A DNA stretch of 42,306 bases from Ilumatobacteraceae bacterium. GTDB lineage: Bacteria; Actinomycetota; Acidimicrobiia; Acidimicrobiales; Ilumatobacteraceae. The position numbers and the translations under genes were made by a program. Below, one piece after another: positions 27,550-35,284 of this stretch. The stretch covers positions 1 through 42,306 of the forward strand of contig JBAWHL010000531.1 of the NCBI GenBank assembly GCA_049593815.1, in the 5' to 3' direction. Numbering within the stretch: the first letter of the stretch is position 1; every line of letters begins with the position of its first letter. The notes under the pieces were generated by a model. The model did no database searches. It saw only the letters and a program-made list of their open reading frames with translations, and had not been told where the DNA came from.

Positions 27550-28208
27550 TCGTCCAGCGTACGGTCGTCGTCGACAGCGTGTGCAATCTCGTCGTCCGAT
27601 CCGCGCTCGCGGATCCACCGGATGATTTCGACGAGTGCGGTCAACCCCAGCGCGGTGCCGAAGGCCAACCAGAACGCGAGCGAGTGGTCGTCTTCGAAGG
27701 CCTGACCGAAGATGTAGCCGAGCACGGCCGCATAGGTCGCCCAGATGACGCCGGCGACCGCCACCCAGGCGGCGAACCACGCCCGAGGTTGTTCGGTGAG
27801 CCCGGACGACACCGTCAGCAGGGTGCGACCGCCGGGGATGAATCGGGCGGTGATGAGCAGTGGGCCGCCGCGTTTGCGGATCTGGGTGTGGGCCTGTTCG
27901 AAGCGCACGAGTCGTTGTTCCTTGCGCTTCGCCCAGGTCTCGAGGCGGGGACGGAAACGGCGGCCGATCGTGTAGGCCAGGTTGTCGCCGAGGAACGCCC
28001 CGAGCGCGCCCGCCAGGATGACCAGCGCCAGCTGCTGATTGCCCGCGCCCGCAGCGACGCCGCCGGCGATGACGGTCGTCTCACCCGGCACGATCGGCAG
28101 GATCGAGTCGAGCAGGGCGACCGCGAAGATGATCAGCAGGAACCACCAGTTCGACGAGAATTCGTCGAGCCAGTCGGTGAGGTCGGTGATGATGTTGGCC
28201 AGGATCAT
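27546..28208 (-). CDS. DedA family (VTT/SNARE-associated domain) membrane protein
   Basis: 220 aa. LPIVPGETTVIAGG and FLGDNLAYTIGRRF are DedA hallmarks. Its stop overlaps the etfA start (ATGA at 27546-27549). Confidence 0.88.
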   Translation of the reverse strand: MILANIITDLTDWLDEFSSNWWFLLIIFAVALLDSILPIVPGETTVIAGGVAAGAGNQQLALVILAGALGAFLGDNLAYTIGRRFRPRLETWAKRKEQRLVRFEQAHTQIRKRGGPLLITARFIPGGRTLLTVSSGLTEQPRAWFAAWVAVAGVIWATYAAVLGYIFGQAFEDDHSLAFWLAFGTALGLTALVEIIRWIRERGSDDEIAHAVDDDRTLDE

Positions 28209-28234
28209 TCGTGCAGCGTCGGTCGAGCGGGCCG

Positions 28235-30781
28235 TCAGTCGGCGGTGATCTGGATTCGCAGCCGGCGGTGTTCAGCCGCCGACGACGACGCGATCACGAG
28301 GTCGTACTCGCCGGGTTCGGTCCGCCACGCTGCGGTCGCCAGGTCCCAGTGATGGAACGCGTCGGCACCGAACGTCACGGACGCCGTCGTCGTCGTGCCG
28401 GCGGGCACGACGAGCTTGGTCCACGACCGCAGCTCCTTCGGCGGTCGCGACACGGTGCCGTCGATCGGGGCGACGTACCCCTGCACGACCACCGTGGCGT
28501 CGCGGGCTCCGGGCGCGGTGATCGGGATCGTGACCGTCACGGCAGGGTTCGCGGCCGACACCGTCGTCCGGTCGGCCTGCGGGTCACCCCACTCGGCCGC
28601 GCCGTAGCTGAGCCCATGGCCGAACGCGAACCGAGGCTCGAGACTGCGGGCCTCGTACCCGCGGTAGCCCATGAAGAGCCCCTCGCCGTAGCGCTGGGTG
28701 CCGGCGCCGGTGCTGTCGTGGTCGGGCTGGTGGTGGACGTAGGCCGGATGGTCTTCGAGTCGCTTCGGATACGTCGTGGGCAGTCGACCGCCGGGGTCCG
28801 CAATCCCGAGGAGGACGTCGACGAGCCCTTCGGCCTGCTCCTGCCCGGCGAAGAACGACGTCAGGATCGCGGGCGCCGCGCCCGGGTCGGCGGGGTCGGC
28901 CCAGTCCATCGTGACGGGCGAGCCCGCATTGACGACGACGGCCGTGTTGGGATTCGCGGCGACGACCCGCCGGATGAGTTCGTCCTGGTTGCCCGGCAGG
29001 TCCATCGTGGTGCGGTCGTGGCCCTCGGTCTCCCACTCGTCGTTGGTGCCCGCGACCACGATCACGGCGTCGGCGGCCGCCGCGGCGTCGACGGCGCGGT
29101 CGAGCAGGTCCGCCGGTTGGGGCGGTCGGATGCCGACGCGCAGGGCGGCGAACCCGTTGCCAGCGGCCGTCGACCAACGGAACGCGAGGGGGACCGCGAC
29201 ACCAGCGGTGCACTCGATCGTCTCGGTGACCTCGATGCTGCCGTAGCCGAAGAACTCCTCCCCGCGGGGGAGTGAGCCGTCGGGGTCGTCGACGATCGTG
29301 GTCATCCCGTCGCCCGGATCGGCGGTGACCGACACCGGGCCGGTGCTGACGACACCGATCGTGTGGGGTCCGTCGATGTCGGGAATGAACGCACCGTCGA
29401 CGCGTGCGGAGAACGCTCGCGGGTCGATGCCTTCGGGGGTGGAGCCGAAGAAGCGCACCATCGTCGACGACGCCGGCTGCTCGAGGACGGTCTCGGCGTT
29501 CCAGTCGGTGCCGTTGACGTAGGACACCGTCAGGCCGGGGTCGCCGGTCGGCGTGCGGAGCTGGCCCTTGCGCACGATCGGGGTCAGCCGGTCGATCAAC
29601 ACGCCGGGTTCGTGCACGACGGTTGCGTTCGTCGCCGAGCCCGGCCCGATCCGATCGGTGATCGCCGCGAGAAGCGTGCGGTGCCCGAACGGTGTGAGCG
29701 ACGCGGAACCGCCGCCCATGCACCGGTCGATCGACGCGTTCGGACCGACGACGGCGACCGTACGGATCGTCGTCGCGTCGAACGGGAGGACCGGCGACGT
29801 CGTGCCCCCGGTGGTCGTCACGGGTTCGTTGCGCAGCAGCACGGTGCCGGCGATCGCGGCCCGGCGGGTCAGGGCGCGTTCGGTGGGGTCGTCGACGGAG
29901 GTCTCCTCGACGTCGCAGGAGCGTTCGTCGGCGTGCGTGCGATTGGCGAGCACGAGCAGGTCGCGCACGAGTCGGTCGACCTGTGCCTCGTCGACGTCAC
30001 CGCGTTCGACCGCCGCCACGAGCTTGTCGCCGTAGATCCGCACCGGGCCGGGCATCTCGAGGTCGAGCCCGGCGTTCGCCGCGCCGACGGCGTCGTGCAC
30101 GCCGTACCAGTCCGAGACGACGAAGCCGTCGAAGCCCCACTCCTCACGCAGGATCTCGGTCAGCAGTCGCCGGTTCTCTGCGCAGTGCTGCGTGTCGAGG
30201 CGGTTGTAGGCGCTCATGATGCCCCACGCGTTCGCCTCCTTGACCGCCCGCTCGAAGGGTCGAAGGTAGAGCTCGCGCAGCGTGCGCTCGTCGACCTGCG
30301 CATCGACGGACATCCGCTCGATCTCGGTGTCGTTCGCCACGAAGTGCTTGACCGTCACCGCCACGTCGTGGGACTGGACGCCGGTGACGTAGGCAACGGC
30401 GAGCGCACCGGTCAGTTCGGGGTCCTCGCTGTAGCACTCGAAGGTGCGGCCGCCGACCGGGGTGCGGTGGAGGTTGACCGTGGGGCCGAGCACGATGTGG
30501 GCGCCCTTGCGGCGGCCCTCGGTGCCGATCAGTCGACCGATCTCCTCGACGATCGCCGGATCCCACGTGGCGCCGAGGGTGATGCCGGAGGGAACGACGA
30601 CGCCCGGGGTGCCGGAGCCGCCGTAGCCCTCGCCGCGCACGCCGTTGGGCCCGTCGGACATCTTCAGCTGCGGGATCCCGGCTTCGGGGAACGCGCAGGT
30701 CCGCCACGTGCTCTTGCCTGCAACGAGCCGGCACTTGTCGTTCAAGCTGAGCGCGGCCACTGCCGCATCGATGTCGATCAC
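28235..30781 (-). CDS. Glycoside hydrolase family 3 beta-glucosidase (BglX-like, with C-terminal Fn3-like/PA14-type regions)
   Basis: ORF 28235..30940 (-). KMSDGPNGVR, the GFDGFVVSDW nucleophile region, and the length. The preferred start is GTG 30781 (VIDIDAAVAALSLNDKCRLVAG), because the upstream 53 codons cross palindromic repeat elements. Confidence 0.88.
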   Translation of the reverse strand: MIDIDAAVAALSLNDKCRLVAGKSTWRTCAFPEAGIPQLKMSDGPNGVRGEGYGGSGTPGVVVPSGITLGATWDPAIVEEIGRLIGTEGRRKGAHIVLGPTVNLHRTPVGGRTFECYSEDPELTGALAVAYVTGVQSHDVAVTVKHFVANDTEIERMSVDAQVDERTLRELYLRPFERAVKEANAWGIMSAYNRLDTQHCAENRRLLTEILREEWGFDGFVVSDWYGVHDAVGAANAGLDLEMPGPVRIYGDKLVAAVERGDVDEAQVDRLVRDLLVLANRTHADERSCDVEETSVDDPTERALTRRAAIAGTVLLRNEPVTTTGGTTSPVLPFDATTIRTVAVVGPNASIDRCMGGGSASLTPFGHRTLLAAITDRIGPGSATNATVVHEPGVLIDRLTPIVRKGQLRTPTGDPGLTVSYVNGTDWNAETVLEQPASSTMVRFFGSTPEGIDPRAFSARVDGAFIPDIDGPHTIGVVSTGPVSVTADPGDGMTTIVDDPDGSLPRGEEFFGYGSIEVTETIECTAGVAVPLAFRWSTAAGNGFAALRVGIRPPQPADLLDRAVDAAAAADAVIVVAGTNDEWETEGHDRTTMDLPGNQDELIRRVVAANPNTAVVVNAGSPVTMDWADPADPGAAPAILTSFFAGQEQAEGLVDVLLGIADPGGRLPTTYPKRLEDHPAYVHHQPDHDSTGAGTQRYGEGLFMGYRGYEARSLEPRFAFGHGLSYGAAEWGDPQADRTTVSAANPAVTVTIPITAPGARDATVVVQGYVAPIDGTVSRPPKELRSWTKLVVPAGTTTTASVTFGADAFHHWDLATAAWRTEPGEYDLVIASSSAAEHRRLRIQITAD

Positions 30782-30805
30782 GGCGCTGATACTTGCAGAC
30801 GTCGC

Positions 30806-30860
30806 GTTCGGGGTCTGCCCCGACTCGTGACAGGGGGTCGCGCCTGAGGTCTGACCCCTG
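30806..30860. repeat. Compound/degenerate copies of the GGGGTC..GACCCC palindromic element
   Basis: GTTCGGGGTCTGCCCCGAC (30806-30824; stem TCGGGG/CCCCGA) and CAGGGGGTC-gcgcctgag-GTCTGACCCCTG (30831-30860). These lie in the 88-nt gap between the OYE stop and the GH3 start. Confidence 0.6.
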
Positions 30861-30869
30861 GCGTGACGG

Positions 30870-32852
30870 TCAGACGGCGGCGCCGGCGCGTTCGCCCTCG
30901 ACGACGGCGGCATGGGCTCGGCGGGGGGCGACGCAGTCACCGACTCGTTCGACGCTCACACCAGCGGCTCGGAGATCGTTGTAGAGCCACTCGACCGGGT
31001 TGGCCTGGACGGCGAGGACGACCCAGTCGGGCGTTCGGGTCTGGCTCGTGCCGGTCGGGTGATGTTGCAGGTGCAGGGTGAGGCGCGCCGGCGAATCATC
31101 GGATGACGTCTCGGGTGCGGGCTCCAGGTCGGTGACGATCAGATCGGTCGTCTGGACGATGCCCTTCTCGCCGGCACGGATCCACCAGTTCTCCATGTCG
31201 AGGGTGATGCCGAGGTCCTGGCCGACGACCATCCCCGGTGTGATGATCTCGACGTCGCAGCCACGATCGGCCAGCACCTCTGCCGTCGACGTCGCATGGT
31301 GGAAGCCGATCTCGTCGAACACGATGACCGTGCCCGACGGGTGCACCGAACCGTCGAGGACCCGGCGCACGTCGACGACGTTGGTCGCTTCCTCCGGCGC
31401 CCAGTACGGCCGTGCCGGCTCGGCGCCGGTCGCGACGATCACGTGATCTGGGCGCTGCTCCTCGACGAGGCCCGGCCAGACCCCGACGCCGTACTCGAAT
31501 TCGACACCGAGGCGTCGACACTCGGTGACCTGGTTGCGGATCATGTCGCCGAACTCGGCACGGTTGGGCACGCTCGCGGCGAGCCTGACCTGGCCGCCGG
31601 CCTCGGTGTCCTGCTCGTAGACCGTCACGTGGTGTCCGTTGCGACGTGCGGCGATCGCCGCCTGCAACCCGGCGGGTCCAGCGCCGACGACCATGACCGA
31701 CTTCGGCTTGCGGGTGAGGTCGACCGTGCCGACGCCCTCGGACTCGCGCCCGGTGCGTGGGTTCTCGATGCACCCGAGCCAGCGGTTCAGTCCCATGCGG
31801 CCCACGCACTCCTGGTTGCACGACAGGCACAGGCGGGTCTCGTCGGTCGATCCGGCGCGGGCCTTGGCGGCGAACTCGGCGTCGGCGATCTGCCCGCGCA
31901 CGACGCCGACGAGGTCGCACTGTCCCTCCGCGAGCGCACGTTCGGCCTGCAGCGGGTCCTTGAACCGCCCGACACCCACGACGGGCAGGTCGACGGCCTT
32001 GCGAATCGCTGACGGGATGAACATCGCGTAGCCCGGCGGAACGTGCATCGACGCCTCGATCATGAACAGGCTGGCGGTGGCGACACCGATCGAGGTGTTG
32101 ATGTAGTCGACGTGGCCGGTCGCTTCGACGATCTGGGCGATGCGCACCGCGTCGTCGATGGTCGTGCCGTGTTCGATCAGTTCGTCTCCGCAGATGCGCA
32201 CGCCGAGGGCCAGGCGCCCGCCGATCGCCTTGCGGACGGCGGCGACGATCTCGACGAGGATTCGGGCCCGGTTCTCCAGCGATCCGCCGTACTCGTCGGT
32301 GCGCCGGTTGGTGGCGGGGGAGAGGAAGCCGCGCACGATCGAGGAGTGCGAACACTGGAGTTCGATGCCGTCGAAGCCGCCTTCGGCGCAGTGCTCGGCG
32401 ACCAGTGCGTAGCCGGCGACGATCTCGTCGATCTCGGCGTGCGTCACGGCCTTGGGCACTTCGCGGAACAAGGGGTCGGCGACCGCGGACGGGGCCCACA
32501 CCGGCAGCCGGGAGAACATCGACGAGGCCTGACCGCCGTTGTGGTTGATCTGGGCGAAGATCGGCACCCGGTGGCGGTGGACCGCGTCGGTGATCTTGCG
32601 GTACCCCGGGATGACGTCGCGGTGGAAGCCGTGGATCAGCTTCTCGTACGGCCAGTCCGTTGGATGGGTGGAGTGTTCCTCGGTGATGATCAGGCCCGTG
32701 CCGCCTGCGGCTCTGGCTGCGTAGTACGCGGCGTGCTGGTCGGTCGGCAGCCCGTTGCGGGCGTAGTTGGTCAGGTGCGCGGAGAAGACGATTCGGTTGC
32801 GCACCTCGACGGGGCCGAGCTCGAGCGGGGACCAGAGATAGCGGTAGGCCAT
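30870..32852 (-). CDS. OYE/FadH-type NADH:flavin oxidoreductase (2,4-dienoyl-CoA reductase-like; FMN + 4Fe-4S + FAD/NAD domains)
   Basis: 660 aa. It has an Old Yellow Enzyme TIM-barrel N-terminus, a Cys cluster (CLSCNQECVGRMGLNRWLGC), and a C-terminal Rossmann motif VMVVGAGPAGLQAA. Confidence 0.88.
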   Translation of the reverse strand: MAYRYLWSPLELGPVEVRNRIVFSAHLTNYARNGLPTDQHAAYYAARAAGGTGLIITEEHSTHPTDWPYEKLIHGFHRDVIPGYRKITDAVHRHRVPIFAQINHNGGQASSMFSRLPVWAPSAVADPLFREVPKAVTHAEIDEIVAGYALVAEHCAEGGFDGIELQCSHSSIVRGFLSPATNRRTDEYGGSLENRARILVEIVAAVRKAIGGRLALGVRICGDELIEHGTTIDDAVRIAQIVEATGHVDYINTSIGVATASLFMIEASMHVPPGYAMFIPSAIRKAVDLPVVGVGRFKDPLQAERALAEGQCDLVGVVRGQIADAEFAAKARAGSTDETRLCLSCNQECVGRMGLNRWLGCIENPRTGRESEGVGTVDLTRKPKSVMVVGAGPAGLQAAIAARRNGHHVTVYEQDTEAGGQVRLAASVPNRAEFGDMIRNQVTECRRLGVEFEYGVGVWPGLVEEQRPDHVIVATGAEPARPYWAPEEATNVVDVRRVLDGSVHPSGTVIVFDEIGFHHATSTAEVLADRGCDVEIITPGMVVGQDLGITLDMENWWIRAGEKGIVQTTDLIVTDLEPAPETSSDDSPARLTLHLQHHPTGTSQTRTPDWVVLAVQANPVEWLYNDLRAAGVSVERVGDCVAPRRAHAAVVEGERAGAAV

Positions 32853-32922
32853 GACGCCGCCAACGGTACCCGCCGCGGTCCTCCCCGGCCCTCCCCGGTC
32901 CGCCCCGCCACCGCGACGCCAA

Positions 32923-32957
32923 GTGTTACATCAGGGGTCAGACCCCTGATGTAACAC
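32923..32957. repeat. Perfect 35-bp palindrome GTGTTACATCAGGGGTC-A-GACCCCTGATGTAACAC
   Basis: The 17-bp arms are exact reverse complements around A32940. It lies in the divergent region between the OYE (start 32852, -) and SDR (start 33043, +) genes. Confidence 0.95.
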
Positions 32958-33042
32958 CGGATGCAACACTCGTGTCGCTGCCGCACCGGCCGGTGCCGAG
33001 ACGGTCCCGATTCCGGCCGGGGTGCCCGTCTACATTTGGGCG

Positions 33043-33909
33043 ATGTCCGATGATGCGAACACGAACGATGCGCGCCCGTCTGCTGGATCGCCTGCGATCG
33101 CCCCGGGGAACGTCGCCGTCATCACCGGTGGAGCCAGCGGAATCGGGCTGGCCGTCGCCGAGGCACTGATCGCGAAGGGCATGAAGGTGATCCTCGCCGA
33201 CATCGACGCACCGAAGCTGCGCGACGTCGAGGCGCGACTCACCGAATCGGGCGCCGAAGTGGCCACCATGATCTGCAACACCGCGGCCGAGCCCGAGATC
33301 AACGCGCTCGCCGAGTTCGCGCTCGAACAGTTCGGCGGGGCCCACGTCCTCTTCAACAACGCCGGCATCGGCGGTGTCGGCGATGCCTGGTCCGACCCGG
33401 TCGACCTGTGGCGTCGCGTCATCGACATCAACCTGATGGGCGTCGTCTACGGCATCCGCGCGTTCCTCCCGATCATGCGGCAGCAGGGCGTCGGACACAT
33501 CGTCAACACCGCGTCGATGGCAGGTCTCGGACCGGTGCCCGGCGCGGCGCCGTACGCGGCGACCAAGCACGCCGTCGTGGGGCTGAGCGAGAGTCTGTAT
33601 CTGGAGCTCGTCGCGACCGCCGACCCGGTGAGCGTGAGCGTCCTGTGCCCCGGTTTCGTCAAGACCGATCTGATGAACAAGGAGCCCGACGAGGTCGAGT
33701 CGCCGATCGGGCAGTTCATCAACCAGCTCCTGCGCGCCGGGGTGGACGGCGGGATCCCCGCGAGTGACGTCGGCGACGCGGTCGCGGCGGCGATCGAGGC
33801 GCAACAGTTCTGGATCCTGACGCACCCGGACATGTTCGAGGGTGCCGTCGAGCGCGTCCAGCGCGCGGTCACCCAGACCAACCCGCCGATGTTCGGCGCC
33901 GAGGCCTGA
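33043..33909 (+). CDS. Short-chain dehydrogenase/reductase (classical SDR)
   Basis: In-frame ATG 33043 within ORF 33022..33909. TGGASGIG, NNAG and YAATK motifs. Confidence 0.9.
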   Translation: MSDDANTNDARPSAGSPAIAPGNVAVITGGASGIGLAVAEALIAKGMKVILADIDAPKLRDVEARLTESGAEVATMICNTAAEPEINALAEFALEQFGGAHVLFNNAGIGGVGDAWSDPVDLWRRVIDINLMGVVYGIRAFLPIMRQQGVGHIVNTASMAGLGPVPGAAPYAATKHAVVGLSESLYLELVATADPVSVSVLCPGFVKTDLMNKEPDEVESPIGQFINQLLRAGVDGGIPASDVGDAVAAAIEAQQFWILTHPDMFEGAVERVQRAVTQTNPPMFGAEA

Positions 33910-33917
33910 CGGAACGA

Positions 33918-35198
33918 ATGGGCACCTCCACCTCGTCCTTCGGTGTCGGCAAGCGCGAGTCGCACGACTCGACCGACTTCTACGCCCGGTTCGCCGCGCC
34001 CGAGGTCAGCGATGACGACGAGCTCGGCGAGCCCGGGCAGGTCGACGTCATCCACATCGGTGACGCACGCGACATGTCGAAGGTGCCGGACGCGTCCGTG
34101 GCGCTCGTCGTCACGTCGCCTCCGTACTTCGCGGGCAAGGAGTACGAGACGGCGCTCGGCGAGGGGCACGTCCCGGGTGACTACATCGAGTACCTGACGA
34201 TGCTGCGCGACGTGCTGACCGAGTGTGTCCGAACGCTCGAGCCCGGCGGCCGCATCGCGGTCAACGTCGCCAACCTGGGCCGCCGTCCCTACCGCAGTCT
34301 CGCCGCGGACGTCACGACGATCCTGCAGGACGATCTCCGCTTGCTCCTGCGCGGTGAGGTCATCTGGCAGAAGCAGCGCGGGGCCAGCGGCTCGTGCGCC
34401 TGGGGTTCGTACCAGTCGCCGGCCAACCCGGTGCTGCGCGACACCACCGAGCGGGTGATCATCGCCAGCAAGGGGCGCTTCGACCGTGTCGGGCGCGGTG
34501 CCGCTGCCGATGGTGAAGCCGGCGTCGCGACGATCGCCGGTGACGAGTTCATGGAAGCCACGCTGGACGTGTGGGAGATTCCTGCCGAGAGCGCGACCCG
34601 CGTCGGTCATCCGGCGCCGTTCCCGGTCGCCCTGGCCGAGCGCTGCATCCAGTTGTTCACCTACGACGGCGACGTCGTGCTCGACCCGTTCATGGGGTCG
34701 GGAACCACCGCGGTCGCGTCGGTCAACACCGGCCGCCACTACATCGGCTATGACACCGATTCCGCGTACGTGCGCCAGGCGCGCGAGCGGGTGTCGTCGA
34801 TGGTGCCCGAGCAACGACGTGAACGTCGCACGCTCAAGGAGATGGCGCGCACTGCGCTCGACGCAGCCGGGGCCACCGACATCGAAGAGGTCGCTCGGAT
34901 CGCTCCCGGCGTCACGGTCAGCTTCCGAGCGACGTGCGCCGACGGTGTCGTGCGCCTGTTCGAACTCGCCGGGGTGCACACGCCGGCGCGGGCCGGCCTC
35001 AGCCGCATCGACGCGGTGTGGCGCACGATCGCCAAGGCGGCGATCGCCAACGAATCCGTTCCCGACACCGACTTCGTCGTGCTCACGTCCGGCACGGTTC
35101 GCGGTGGTCCATTGGCGTCCGTCGTCGGCGAGGGGCGCCCGATCCGCGAGGTCATCGACCTCACGCGTGACGACGCAGCCGACCGACTCCGAGCCTGA
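33918..35198 (+). CDS. DNA methyltransferase (N4/N6 family, beta class, SPPY motif) with unassigned ~130-aa C-terminal domain
   Basis: 426 aa. Motif IV VVTSPPYFAGKEYE precedes motif I VLDPFMGSGTTAVAS. Residues ~295-426 match no domain I recognise. Confidence 0.85.
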   Translation: MGTSTSSFGVGKRESHDSTDFYARFAAPEVSDDDELGEPGQVDVIHIGDARDMSKVPDASVALVVTSPPYFAGKEYETALGEGHVPGDYIEYLTMLRDVLTECVRTLEPGGRIAVNVANLGRRPYRSLAADVTTILQDDLRLLLRGEVIWQKQRGASGSCAWGSYQSPANPVLRDTTERVIIASKGRFDRVGRGAAADGEAGVATIAGDEFMEATLDVWEIPAESATRVGHPAPFPVALAERCIQLFTYDGDVVLDPFMGSGTTAVASVNTGRHYIGYDTDSAYVRQARERVSSMVPEQRRERRTLKEMARTALDAAGATDIEEVARIAPGVTVSFRATCADGVVRLFELAGVHTPARAGLSRIDAVWRTIAKAAIANESVPDTDFVVLTSGTVRGGPLASVVGEGRPIREVIDLTRDDAADRLRA

Positions 35199-35284
35199 AC
35201 GGCTGAGCATCGCCCGGCACGGGCGTGCCGGAGGCGACTCGGGCCCGAGGTGTCGAGCGGTCGCTGCGGCATGATTGCTGGCCG

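Noticed and set aside
21802-28234. Search for mftA/mftB/mftC/mftD next to mftE/mftF.
   Set aside because: No radical-SAM (CxxxCxxC), RRE-type or LldD-like ORF is present in this window on either strand. A ~30-aa mftA would be invisible in the ORF track, and I did not spot a ...GVY-stop peptide. Absence from the genome cannot be concluded from this window.
30782-30940. Longer N-terminus of the GH3 protein (start at 30940).
   Set aside because: These 53 codons are low-complexity and cross the palindromic repeat cluster. Canonical GH3 N-termini begin near the LSLNDKCRLVAG-type helix, which fits GTG 30781.
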